From: Chloroflexota bacterium
Lineage (GTDB): Bacteria; Chloroflexota; Chloroflexia; Thermomicrobiales; UBA6265
Direction of reading: 5' to 3'
Length of the DNA stretch: 64,000 nucleotides
Assembly (NCBI GenBank): GCA_023423795.1
Contig: JAFAEX010000136.1
Span: 451-64,450 of the forward strand
Below, one piece after another: positions 38,401 to 46,970 of this stretch (its first letter is position 1; each line of letters starts with the position of its first letter). Below the pieces are notes generated by a model that had not been told where the DNA came from, ran no database searches, and saw only the letters and a program-made list of their open reading frames with translations. Both the position numbers and the translations under genes were made by a program.

Positions 38401-38870
38401 TGGCCGTTGCCGAGATCGAGGACCTCACCGGCACGATCGAACTGGTCGCCTTCCCGGACCTTTTCGAGCGGATGGGGGAGGCGCTGCAACCGGACGCGAT
38501 CCTCGAAATTTCGGCCAAGGTGGACCGGCGAAACGAGCAGGTGCAACTCGTCTGCGAATCGCTCACGGCCGAGCTGTCGCTGCCGGCTCCGGAACTTCCC
38601 GTGCGCACGGTCCACCTCGCGCTGAACCCGGGCGAGGATCGCTGGCAGGATATGGAACTGATGAACGGGATCGACTCCGTCCTCCGCGAGTTCGAAGGCG
38701 ACGACGTGCTCGTGCTGCACGTCCCGCACCGGGGTGGGCGCCGGGTCCGGCTGCGGTCGCGCTCGCGGCGGGTGCACTGGTGCCCGGAACTGGCCAGCGC
38801 GCTCGGCCAGCAACCCGGCGTGGCCAAGGCGTTCGTGGAGGAGCCGGCGCCGGTTCGCCTCGCGTCCTGA
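35406..38870 (+). CDS. dnaE: DNA polymerase III alpha subunit
   Basis: PHP domain HLHLHTEYSLLDG, catalytic GPGRGSAAGS, MPDIDIDF, and an OB-fold C-terminus. 1154 aa. GTG start after GAGGAG. Confidence 0.97.
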   Translation: MSEFAHLHLHTEYSLLDGMGRTAEYVARAKESGIHHLAVTDHGVMYAAMEWHKALSKAGLHPIIGIEAYLAEGSARARERKSYHLLLLAENETGYRNLLRLSSRAMLEGYYYRPRIDLDMLAEHHEGIVATSACLGGPVANNFLHGRPELARDYAGKLAEIFGRDRFFIEVQDHGIREQIETNRELIPLARSLDLPLVATNDVHYCNQADAAAQELLVCVQTNTTLADPKRLKSESDQLYLKSPQEMERVFGHLPEALSNTIRIAEMCNLDLGFKGYHLPDFPVPSGFTHEGYLEHLCREGVRRKYGHDDGAVGERLAYELGVINSMGFTNYFLVVWDFVRFAKENGILVGPGRGSAAGSIVTYALDITALDPLKYDLIFERFLNPSRISMPDIDIDFADDRRAEVIEYVVNKYGDDRVAQIVTFGTLAAKAAVRDVGRAMGRTFAETDKVAKLIPVGPGITIESAMTKVPELKALYDGDADVRELIDSARKVEGISRHASTHAAGVVISRDPLVHHVPVQRAGGKSEGELTTQFPMGELEALGLLKMDFLGLKTLTVLGKAVDLLRADGHDISLETIPLDDPKSYELLCRGETVGVFQLEGGMTTRMTVDVAPNCFEDLIALMALIRPGPMEMAPDYIARKHGRTEIVYMHPEMEPILAETYGVALYQEQVIRIANVLAGFSMAEGDGLRKAMGKKLPEEMAKYRDRFVSGAVEHGLPKGLAGDIFDTIERFAGYGFNKAHSAAYAVIAAQTAYLKANHPVEFMAALLSSEIGNTDKLVSNAAECRRVGIPLMPPCVNSSGVEFTVERVEDGRMGVRWGLGAVKNAGEGAVRAILAARSERPGGAFRSLDEFCGEIDWQVVNRRVAESLAKCGALDCFGARGSVIAGLETAIAAGQKRQKASARGQMGLFAMGAESEVSAPTPLPPATVADKQLLAWEKELVGFYMSAHPLQEILASAPQRGLASIVDLAERPAGQIVRTIAMVTSVRRITTRTNRSMAVAEIEDLTGTIELVAFPDLFERMGEALQPDAILEISAKVDRRNEQVQLVCESLTAELSLPAPELPVRTVHLALNPGEDRWQDMELMNGIDSVLREFEGDDVLVLHVPHRGGRRVRLRSRSRRVHWCPELASALGQQPGVAKAFVEEPAPVRLAS

Positions 38871-39285
38871 TTCGCCATTCCACCAGCGAAGCCGAGCCAT
38901 TTGGGATGGAGCGCGGTTCGCACCGAACCATCGGCGTGCGCGGAGCACACCAGTCATGGACAACATATCCCCGAGGCAACGCGTTGCATGATGGCCCGAA
39001 CGCGGTGTGCGGTGCGCGGCCTCGCTGGCCCAGTGATTCCGAAGCCGGCTGATTGCCTCCGGTACCGTCCGCCTATGACGCCGCGCGTTCGCAGGGGCGG
39101 GAGTGGGGTCTCGCTCCGCGTGCGTTCACGCCCAGGAAGATACGAGGCACCGTTGCGCCGGTAGCCGCGTGAATCGGGCAATGCGCGCTCGGCGATACGC
39201 GTCTCCGGGACCGGTTGCACACCGGACCCTCGTCCGGCCGGCCGCACCGGCGCAGCGCTCGACGTTGGCCGACTCGCCGCCGGTG

Positions 39286-40938
39286 TCAGGATCGGTTGCG
39301 CAGCCACCCCAGCAGGCCGTCGAGTTCCCAGGTGTTGACGATCCGGTCCGGTGTCGCCCACGCCTGCCGCGCGACGGCGACGCCGTACCCGATGTTGTCG
39401 AACCCGTCCGGGTGGTGCGCGTCGCAATCGATGACGAGCAGGCAGCCGGCCGCCAGCGCCGCCGCCGCGTGCTCCCGCTTCAGGTCGAGCCGGGCCGGAT
39501 CGGCGTTGATCTCCAGTGCCACGCGGGTCTCGGCCGCGATGGCAAACGCGCGGTCCCAATCGAAGTCGCCCGGCGGACGCCGCTCGATCAACCGTCCCGA
39601 CGGGTGGGCGACGATATCGACGTTGGGGTTGCGCAGCACCCCTTCGAGCCGCTCCATGAGCTGCGCCCGCGGCTGCCGCAGACCGACGTGGAGGGACGAG
39701 ACGACGACATCGAGTTGGGCGAGCACGTCGTCCGGGAAGTCGAGGCAGCCGTCGCGGGCAACTTCGACCTCCGAACCGGCGAGCAGGCGCACCGGGCCCT
39801 GGTATGCGTCGAGTTCTTCCCGCTGCGCCCGCAGCCGGGCCGCGTCGAGACCGCCCGCGACGCCGAGGCTGTGGCTGTGGTCGGTGATGCCGAGGTAGGC
39901 GTAGCCCCGCTGCGCGGCGGCGTCGGCCATGTCGGCGATGCTGGCCGCGCCGTCGCTCCAAGTCGAGTGGCAGTGCAACTCGCCCCGGATGTCGGCCACG
40001 GTGACCAGCCGGGGAATCTCCCGCACTCGGTCGAACTCTTCGCCGCCGAGACGAAGTTCGGGCGGAATCCACGGCAAGCCGTTCGCCGCGTACACGGCTT
40101 CTTCGTCCGGAGCGTCCGCCGGGATGGAGGCCAGCCGTTCGACGTGCGACGCCGGGCCGGTTGCACGAAGGAGCACCGCGCCGAAACGTGACGGCTCAGC
40201 CGCGTAGATGTCGGCTTCGATGCCGCTCTGGAGCCGCACCCGCAGCGCGCCGGGCCACCGGTCGAGCACCTCGCCCACGATCGGCAGCCCGGCAACGGCG
40301 GCCAGCGCGGATTCCGGGTCGGATGCCTCCACGACGACATCGAGATCGCCGGCGGTTTCGGTGAAGCGGCGCACGCTGCCCGCGATTTCCACCCGGCCCG
40401 GCAGGGCGGAGCGGATTGCCGAGAGCAGCGTGCGCGCATGGGGAAGCGCGTCCCCGATCGGCATCCGGCCTGAACGCCCCTGGATCGTTTCGAGCCCCGC
40501 CAGCACCGTTGCTTCGATTCGCGCGCCGAACCCCGGGGCGGTGCGAAGCGTTCCCGCCACCGCCGCCGCTTCGAGATCGGCGAGGTCCGCGATCCCGAGT
40601 TCGCGGTAGAACTTGGTGACGGTCTTCGCGCCGACGCCCGGCAACTCGAGGATCTCCAGCAGGGTGGGCGGTAGCGCCGCCGAGAGATCCTCCCACGCCG
40701 CGAACGTTCCGGTGGCCAGGACCTCCGCGATGATGCCGGCGATGCCTTCTCCCACACCGGGAATGCCGCGCAGCCCGCCGTCGGCGGCAATGCTGGCCAC
40801 CGGCCGGTCGAGATGGCGGATGGAATCGGCGGCGCGGTGGTACGCCCGCACCCGGAACGGGCTTTCCCCGGCGAGGTTCTGGAGCGCGCCGTACTCGTCG
40901 AGCAGCGACGCGAGGTCGGCGTTCGTCAGCGGCGCCAT
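39286..40938 (-). CDS. polX: Family X DNA polymerase with a C-terminal PHP phosphoesterase domain
   Basis: HhH motifs (LELPGVGAKTVTKFY), GSVRRFTETAGDLDVVV, and PHP GELHCHSTWSDG…LGITDHS. Start at MAPLTNADLA. Confidence 0.9.
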   Translation of the reverse strand: MAPLTNADLASLLDEYGALQNLAGESPFRVRAYHRAADSIRHLDRPVASIAADGGLRGIPGVGEGIAGIIAEVLATGTFAAWEDLSAALPPTLLEILELPGVGAKTVTKFYRELGIADLADLEAAAVAGTLRTAPGFGARIEATVLAGLETIQGRSGRMPIGDALPHARTLLSAIRSALPGRVEIAGSVRRFTETAGDLDVVVEASDPESALAAVAGLPIVGEVLDRWPGALRVRLQSGIEADIYAAEPSRFGAVLLRATGPASHVERLASIPADAPDEEAVYAANGLPWIPPELRLGGEEFDRVREIPRLVTVADIRGELHCHSTWSDGAASIADMADAAAQRGYAYLGITDHSHSLGVAGGLDAARLRAQREELDAYQGPVRLLAGSEVEVARDGCLDFPDDVLAQLDVVVSSLHVGLRQPRAQLMERLEGVLRNPNVDIVAHPSGRLIERRPPGDFDWDRAFAIAAETRVALEINADPARLDLKREHAAAALAAGCLLVIDCDAHHPDGFDNIGYGVAVARQAWATPDRIVNTWELDGLLGWLRNRS

Positions 40939-40975
40939 GGTCGGTTTCCCCTTCGAGCGGCGGCTTCGGCCGGAC

Positions 40976-42229
40976 TCAGATGGCCGCTGCCGTCGCGCGG
41001 GTCGCCCGCCGCAACCGGCGCAGGATCGCCCGCGGGTCGTCGGCGAGGATGTAGACGACATCTTCCGGCCGCAGCATCCGCAGCACCGCAGACAGGGCGG
41101 TCGATTCGGTGGCGGCTCGGATGACGACCGGCGGCACGTCGTGCGCCGCGATCCCCTGCCGCAGCAGGTCCGCCCGCTCCGGTGAGGCCGATTCGTCGTG
41201 GATGACGATCAGGTTCGCCCCGCGTGCCAGCAACCGCCCCGTCTCGGCAAGATCCGCGTCCGGGATGCCGTCCAGGCGGCCGATCATCCGGATGTGCCGC
41301 TGCCCCGGCAAGTGTCCGACCGCGCGCATCGGGGCGCGCAGGAAATAGGGCGGAGTCGGCAGATCGACGACCAGCAGCGCGCCGCTGCGCTCGATGACGT
41401 TGAACGATCCCGGCACCTCGGCCGGGTCGGGCGCGTGGGAGGTCAGGACCCCGGCGACGGTTTCGGCCGGGATGCCGACGGATAGGCCCATCGCCGCCGC
41501 GATGAGCACGTTCGTGGTCGCGAACGAGATCGCGCCGCCGCGGTTGACCCGCACGTCGGCCGCCGGGACGAGGTCGATCGCGCATTCGGGATCGCCGACC
41601 CGGATGGTGTCGTCCTCGATCCAGGCCGCGATGCCGCCGCGATTGCGGTGCTGGCGCAGGAGCGGGGTATCGCGGCTGACGCCGACGAGGACCTGCCGGG
41701 GAAGGTGTTCCGCTTCGCCGCCGGCGACCGCCCAGTCGTCGCCGTTGAGGACGAAAATCGCATCCGGATGGGCGGCGTCGCGGATCGTCCGCAGCGCCTT
41801 CACCGCCCGCAGGGTGTCGTCGCGCAGCAGGCAAGCCTCGCTGTTGGCGCAGAGGTTGGTCACCGCCACCAGCGGGTATGCCCCACGCGGCAGGCCGACC
41901 GCGTGCACGGTATCCCAGTCGAGTTCCTGCACGGCGATGTCGAGCGCACCGGAGGCGAGCATCCCCAGCGCCCTGGTCCAGGGCACGAGTTCGCCGCGCT
42001 GGCGTCGGTTGCCGATCGACACCCCGTTGTCCGTCCAGCGCGCGGTCCGCAGCCCGTTCGCCACCAGCATCGCGTGGAACAGGTCGATGGTGGTGGACTT
42101 GCCGCGTGAACCGGCGACCGCGACGACCGGCAACGCCCCGCGAGAGGACGCCGCTTCTCGCCACGCCGCGAACGATTCCGGCAACACGATCGGTTCGGAT
42201 GGGGGAGCAACGGGAGCAACAGCGCTCAT
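40976..42229 (-). CDS. Mur-ligase-family protein, stand-alone, resembling the cyanophycin-synthetase M/C domains
   Basis: P-loop VAVAGSRGKSTT, AVQELDW, VAVTNLCANSE and VLNGDDW, in the order typical of Mur ligases. Start at MSAVAPV. Confidence 0.65.
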   Translation of the reverse strand: MSAVAPVAPPSEPIVLPESFAAWREAASSRGALPVVAVAGSRGKSTTIDLFHAMLVANGLRTARWTDNGVSIGNRRQRGELVPWTRALGMLASGALDIAVQELDWDTVHAVGLPRGAYPLVAVTNLCANSEACLLRDDTLRAVKALRTIRDAAHPDAIFVLNGDDWAVAGGEAEHLPRQVLVGVSRDTPLLRQHRNRGGIAAWIEDDTIRVGDPECAIDLVPAADVRVNRGGAISFATTNVLIAAAMGLSVGIPAETVAGVLTSHAPDPAEVPGSFNVIERSGALLVVDLPTPPYFLRAPMRAVGHLPGQRHIRMIGRLDGIPDADLAETGRLLARGANLIVIHDESASPERADLLRQGIAAHDVPPVVIRAATESTALSAVLRMLRPEDVVYILADDPRAILRRLRRATRATAAAI

Positions 42230-42518
42230 GGATCGATCCGACTCGCGCCTCGGATGCGGATGGACGGCGGCAGCACGGCGGGCAGGACGGCGCGGTACAC
42301 CTGCCCGCGGGCAAGGGCGGTTCGTCGTTCGACCGGCGCGGGGAACGGAAGTGCGGGCTCGGATACGCTCCGGTTCCGACCATCGTAGCCGAACCGGCGG
42401 CGTCCGGCAGGCAACGGCGCCCGAACAACGCGGCAGATTGGGCGGATGCGCGGGCGGCAACGGCTACCCGGAAACCGGCATCGTTGCCGAATGCTCGCCT
42501 CGTTCCCACGGCGACGGA

Positions 42519-43343
42519 TCACGACGCACCCGTGCCGTCGCCCGGGTCTACCCGGAGCCGGTCGCCGAATGCCTGGATCGCGTTGGCGGTCGTGAGGGTC
42601 GCGAATTCGGCCGGTTCCAGGCCCCAGATTCCGCACAACCTCCGCCCGATGACCGGAACGTTCGCGGGTTCGTTGCGTCGCCCTCGCGCGCCCGCCGGGA
42701 CGAGGTAGGGCGCGTCCGTTTCGACCAGGAGGCGGTTGGGCGGGATCGTCGCCAGCACCGCCCGCAGCGAGGCCGACGACGATCGCGTCGCCAGCCCGCC
42801 GACGCCGACGAAGCACCCTGCATCGCGGGCGAACGCTGCGTAGCGCGGGCCTCCGTCGAACGAATGCAGGATGAGCGTCGGCAACGCCGGCTCGGATTCC
42901 AGCAGGTCGAGCAACTCCGATTCCGCCGCGCGTTGGTGGATCACGACCGGCAATCCGGCCGCTCGCGCCAGCCCGAGTTGCTCCCGGAACGCCGTGTACT
43001 GGACCTCCGCCGGCGGATTCCGCGCGTGGAAGTAGTCCAGCCCGATCTCGCCGATGGCGATCGGCGCCGCGCGTTCGAGAAGATCGGCCAGGGCGGCAAG
43101 CGAACCCGCGCCGAACTCGTCGGCGTGCCCGGGGTGGATGCCGAGGGTGTAGCGGACCGCGGGAAACCGCTCCGCCAGTGCGAGCGTCGTCGTCCACCGC
43201 TCGGGCCGGTAGCCGATGTTGACGATCGCCGCGATGCCGGCGCTCGCGGCGCGGGCTACGACGTCGCCGACGTCCCCGGCGAAGGCTTCGTCGTCGAGGT
43301 GGGCGTGGCTGTCGATCCAGGTCGGATTCCGTTGCGTCGTCAC
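42519..43343 (-). CDS. tatD: TatD-family metal-dependent hydrolase/DNase
   Basis: WIDSHAHLDD, IGEIGLDY, VVIHQRAA, LHSF and VETDAPYL. GTGA overlap with the glmS stop. Confidence 0.92.
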   Translation of the reverse strand: MTTQRNPTWIDSHAHLDDEAFAGDVGDVVARAASAGIAAIVNIGYRPERWTTTLALAERFPAVRYTLGIHPGHADEFGAGSLAALADLLERAAPIAIGEIGLDYFHARNPPAEVQYTAFREQLGLARAAGLPVVIHQRAAESELLDLLESEPALPTLILHSFDGGPRYAAFARDAGCFVGVGGLATRSSSASLRAVLATIPPNRLLVETDAPYLVPAGARGRRNEPANVPVIGRRLCGIWGLEPAEFATLTTANAIQAFGDRLRVDPGDGTGAS

Positions 43344-45106
43344 TTGACGGTCACGCTCTTGGCAAGGTTGCGCGGCCGGTCCGGGTCGTTGCCGCGCGCC
43401 AGCGCCGCGTGGTAGCCGATGAGTTGGGCCGGCAGCGCGCCGACGATGGGGAAGGCGTGCCCGAGGTCCGGCGTCGGGATGTGCACGTCGAAGACCGGGT
43501 CCGGCGCCGGCCCGATGCCGACGATGAAGCCGCCCCGGCTCTTCATCTCCATCGCGCCGGACAGCGCGTCGGCCCGGCTGCCGTCGTTCGGGGCATACAC
43601 GAGGCAGGGCGTGCCCGGTTCAACGAGGGCGATGACGCCGTGCTTGAGTTCGCCGCCGGCGAAACCCTCGGCGTGGATGTAGGAGACTTCCTTGATCTTG
43701 AGCGCCGCTTCCAGCGCGCTCGGGTAGGCGGTGCCGCGCCCGACGACGAACAGGTGCTCGGCGCGGTGGATCCGGCGGGCGACATCCCGCACGAGCGCGG
43801 TGGCATCCTCGGCCAGCATCTCCCGCAGCCCGGTTGCCGCGGCGTCCAGAACGGCCGCCCCGTCGCCGTAGCGCCCGGCCAGCGCGTGGGCGAGCAGGAG
43901 CAGCGCGCCGACCTTGGCGGTGTAACTCTTGGTCGCGAGCACGCACTGTTCGGGACCGGCCCCGAGGTGAATGCGGGCATCGACCATCCGGTCCAGCGTC
44001 GAGTACTCGACGTTGACGATGGCCGCCAGCCGCGCGCCCCGGGCGCGGGCGGCGAGCATCCCTTCGATCACGTCCACGGTTTCGCCGCTCTGGGAAAGGG
44101 CGACGACGAGCGTATCGGGGCCGATGAGGTCGGTTTCGCCGGCGAACTCGGAGCCGACGACGACCTGCACCGGCACGCGGGCGATCCGGGCCAGCAGGTG
44201 GCGGCCGGTGAGCGCCGCGTTCGCCGCCGTGCCGCAGCCGACGAGCACGATCGAGCGGGCCGCGGCCATCTCCGAGGCCAGCGCCTCGACCTGCGGCCGG
44301 GCGCGCCGGGAAAGCCGTTCGAGGACATCCGGCTGCTCGGCCATTTCCTTGGCCATGAAGTGGGGGTAGCCGCCGAGACCGGCATCGCTGCCGGCGCCGG
44401 CGAGCGGAACCCAATCCGGGGCCAGGGTGTTCAGCGACCAGCGGTCGAGCAGCGCCAGCCCGTCGCGGGTCATGCGCACGATTTGGCCGTCCTCGACGTA
44501 GTGGACCCGGTCCAGGTGCGGCCGCAGCGCCAGCGCGTCGGAGGCGATAAAGGCGCCACCGTCGCGGATCCCGGCGACGAGCGGCGAGACGTGCTTCGTG
44601 GCGGCCAGTTCGTTCGTCCGGGCGTCCATCGCGACGACGGCGTTCAGGCCGGCGAGCCGGGCGAAGACGGTGGCAAGCGCCGACCCGAGGTCGCGGCCGG
44701 CGGCGAATTCGTCTTCCAGCAGGTGGGCGATGACTTCGCTGTCGGTCTCGGAGCGGAAGCGGTGACCGCGCGCGACCAGTTCGGCGCGCAGGGCGTCGTG
44801 GTTCTCGACGATGCCGTTGTGGATGACGGCGAGGCTGCCGGTGCAGTCGAGGTGTGGGTGGGCGTTGGGTTCGGTGACGCCGCCGTGGGTTGCCCAGCGG
44901 GTGTGGCCAAAGCCGATCTCGGCCGGGGCGAACGAGTCTGCGACCCCGGCAATGCGGCCGGTGCGCTTGGCAACGTCGATGCGGCCGCCCGCGCCGAGCG
45001 CGACGCCCCACGAGTCGTAGCCGCGGTATTCGAGCGTTTGCAGGCCGCGCAGGAGATAGCCGCCAACGTCGGCCCGCTGGCCGACGTAGCCGAAAACGCC
45101 GCACAT
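43340..45106 (-). CDS. glmS: Glutamine--fructose-6-phosphate aminotransferase
   Basis: N-terminal MCGVFGYVG, HTRWATHG, two SIS domains, and the C-terminus …PRNLAKSVTVK. ATG 45106 after GAGGGA. Confidence 0.96.
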   Translation of the reverse strand: MCGVFGYVGQRADVGGYLLRGLQTLEYRGYDSWGVALGAGGRIDVAKRTGRIAGVADSFAPAEIGFGHTRWATHGGVTEPNAHPHLDCTGSLAVIHNGIVENHDALRAELVARGHRFRSETDSEVIAHLLEDEFAAGRDLGSALATVFARLAGLNAVVAMDARTNELAATKHVSPLVAGIRDGGAFIASDALALRPHLDRVHYVEDGQIVRMTRDGLALLDRWSLNTLAPDWVPLAGAGSDAGLGGYPHFMAKEMAEQPDVLERLSRRARPQVEALASEMAAARSIVLVGCGTAANAALTGRHLLARIARVPVQVVVGSEFAGETDLIGPDTLVVALSQSGETVDVIEGMLAARARGARLAAIVNVEYSTLDRMVDARIHLGAGPEQCVLATKSYTAKVGALLLLAHALAGRYGDGAAVLDAAATGLREMLAEDATALVRDVARRIHRAEHLFVVGRGTAYPSALEAALKIKEVSYIHAEGFAGGELKHGVIALVEPGTPCLVYAPNDGSRADALSGAMEMKSRGGFIVGIGPAPDPVFDVHIPTPDLGHAFPIVGALPAQLIGYHAALARGNDPDRPRNLAKSVTVK

Positions 45107-45279
45107 GGTGAGGTCCCTCGACCCGGCCGTGGCGACCGGGCGCAGCGCGCCGATTCTCGACGGGCGTGGCAGAGCCACACCGCGCAACCGGCGCGACGAA
45201 CGTTGCCTGGGTTGGCCGTGCGGCGAATCGGATGGGGCAGGGGATGCTGGACGGTTGCGCGATACCGCGCGAAGCACGC

Positions 45280-45416
45280 GGGCCGGGGATTGTCGGCGGG
45301 TCGCCCCGCCGGTTTGGTCCGACCCTTTCGACCGTGCGAGCCGGGAAGCCACCCGCCGAATGGTTCGATCGGCTTCCGCCTCGTCAACTCGCCCCTCCGA
45401 GCGAGTCCTGGCGCTG
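45280..45416 (-). ncRNA. glmS ribozyme: glmS ribozyme (GlcN6P-dependent self-cleaving riboswitch); 3' boundary approximate
   Basis: The minus strand reads A|GCGCCAGGACUCGCUCGGAGGGGCGAGUUGACGAGGCGGAAGCCGAUCGAACCAUUCGGCGGGUGGCUUCCCGGCUCGCACGGUCGAAAGG…CAAACCGGCGGGGCGACCCGCCGACAAUCCCC. It matches the conserved AGCGCC cleavage site, the GUUGACGAGG core, and the AUCGAA…UCGGCGG.UG.CUUCCCGGC and P4 CAAACC segments. Confidence 0.88.
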
Positions 45417-45459
45417 GAACGATCCGTACCCCGTGTGGCCGTACGCCTTGGCCGCCCCG

Positions 45460-45488
45460 AGTATAGGCCCCGGGCACGGCGATCACAA
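45460..45488 (-). promoter_or_regulatory. Promoter TTGTGA-17 nt-TATACT for the glmS ribozyme and glmS
   Basis: On the minus strand: TTGTGA (45488-45483), a 17-nt spacer, then TATACT (45465-45460), about 40 nt upstream of the cleavage site. Confidence 0.55.
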
Positions 45489-45546
45489 TCGCCCTGTCTA
45501 TACTCCCAGCGCAACGCGGGCAGCCGAGATTCGGGCGAGGGTGGGC

Positions 45547-46848
45547 ATGATCGGGCGGTACACGCGGCCGGCGATGGGCGACATCTGGAGCGACGAGGGG
45601 AGGATCGCCCGCTGGTTGCGGGTCGAAATCGCCGTCTGCGAAGCGTGGGCCGAACGCGGCCGTGTTCCGGCGGAAGCGCTCCCAGTCCTTCGGGTCGCCA
45701 CCTGCGACCTCGACCGCATGCGCGAGATTGAGCGCGAGGTCGATCACGACATGATCGCCTTCGTGCGCGCCACCAGCGAATCGGTCGGCGAGTACGCGCG
45801 GTTCCTCCACCTCGGGCTGACCAGCTCGGACGTCATCGACACCGCGCTCGGGATGCAGATGCGCGACGCCGGCGCGCTGCTGGACGAAGGGCTGGCCGGG
45901 TTGCTGGACGCCGTGCGCGGGCAAGCGGTCGCCCACAAGCACACGCCGACGATGGGCCGCACCCACGGCGTCCACGCCGAACCGACGACCTTCGGGCTGA
46001 AACTCGCCGTCTGGTGGGACGAGGTGCGGCGGCAGCGGCGGCGGCTCGACCTCGCCCGCGAGGATGCCGCCGTCGGCAAGCTGTCGGGCGCGGTCGGAAC
46101 CCACGCCCACGTGCCGCCCGATCTCGAAGAGGAGGTGTGCGCCCGGCTCGGTCTCGCCGTCGCGCCGGCATCGACCCAGATCGTGCAGCGGGACCGGCAC
46201 GCGTTCTTCGTCTCGGTGATCGCCGGCATCGGGGCCACGCTGGAGAAAATGGCGACCGAAGTCCGCCATCTGCAACGGACCGAGGTCCGCGAGGCGGAGG
46301 AGCCGTTCGACCCAGGCAACATGGGCTCCTCGGCCATGCCTCACAAGCGCAACCCGCACGCGTCGGAGCGGGTGAGCGGGCTGGCGCGGCTGCTGCGCGG
46401 CTACGCGGTGACGGCGACCGAGAACGTCGCGCTCTGGCACGAACGGGACATCAGCCATTCGAGCGCGGAGCGGGTGCTGCTGCCCGACGCCTGCCTCGTG
46501 CTCGATTTCATGCTGGCCGAGATGACCGACATCATCGGCCGGCTCGTGGTCTACCCGGAGCGCATGCAGGCGAACATCGACCTGACCGGCGGCGCGATCT
46601 TCTCGCAGCCGGTGCTGCTGGCGCTGGTCGATGCCGGGATGGACCGCTACGAGGCGTACCGCCTGGTGCAGGGCCATGCGCTGCGGAGCTGGGACGGCGG
46701 CCCGGCGCTGCTGGATGCCCTGAAAGCCGAGCCGCGGGTGGTGGACGTGCTGGGGGAGGAACGGCTCGCCGCGCTGTTCGACCCGGCGCCGCAGCTCGTC
46801 CACGTCGATGCGATATTCCAGCGGTTGGGCATCGAATCCGTCGAGTAG
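45547..46848 (+). CDS. purB: Adenylosuccinate lyase
   Basis: MIGRYTRPAMGDIWSDE, HLGLTSSDVIDTA, and the signature SSAMPHKRNP. Confidence 0.95.
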   Translation: MIGRYTRPAMGDIWSDEGRIARWLRVEIAVCEAWAERGRVPAEALPVLRVATCDLDRMREIEREVDHDMIAFVRATSESVGEYARFLHLGLTSSDVIDTALGMQMRDAGALLDEGLAGLLDAVRGQAVAHKHTPTMGRTHGVHAEPTTFGLKLAVWWDEVRRQRRRLDLAREDAAVGKLSGAVGTHAHVPPDLEEEVCARLGLAVAPASTQIVQRDRHAFFVSVIAGIGATLEKMATEVRHLQRTEVREAEEPFDPGNMGSSAMPHKRNPHASERVSGLARLLRGYAVTATENVALWHERDISHSSAERVLLPDACLVLDFMLAEMTDIIGRLVVYPERMQANIDLTGGAIFSQPVLLALVDAGMDRYEAYRLVQGHALRSWDGGPALLDALKAEPRVVDVLGEERLAALFDPAPQLVHVDAIFQRLGIESVE

Positions 46849-46905
46849 CGCTACGCGACATATCCCCAGTTAGATCTCCACCCACGAGCCCCAAACCGCC
46901 GCCGA

Positions 46906-46934
46906 TTGACGCCGAACCGCCCGCTTTCTATGAT
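46906..46934 (+). promoter_or_regulatory. Promoter TTGACG-17 nt-TATGAT for the gcvT operon
   Basis: TTGACG (46906-46911), a 17-nt spacer, then TATGAT (46929-46934). This leaves a leader of about 30 nt containing GGAAAGGA. Confidence 0.6.
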
Positions 46935-46970
46935 CCAGCCGCTTTGCCCACGGGAAAGGACCGATCCGAG

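Noticed and set aside
35274-38966. A 1230-aa ORF on the minus strand, the longest in the track.
   Set aside because: It is fully antisense to dnaE, whose product has unambiguous Pol III alpha motifs. Its translation is Arg/Gly/Ala/Pro-rich with no recognisable domain, which is a typical GC-rich shadow ORF.
46849-46970. A glycine riboswitch upstream of gcvT.
   Set aside because: The promoter TTGACG-17-TATGAT leaves only about 30 nt of leader, and no GGAGAG…ACCGAAGGGGCAA-type motifs are present.
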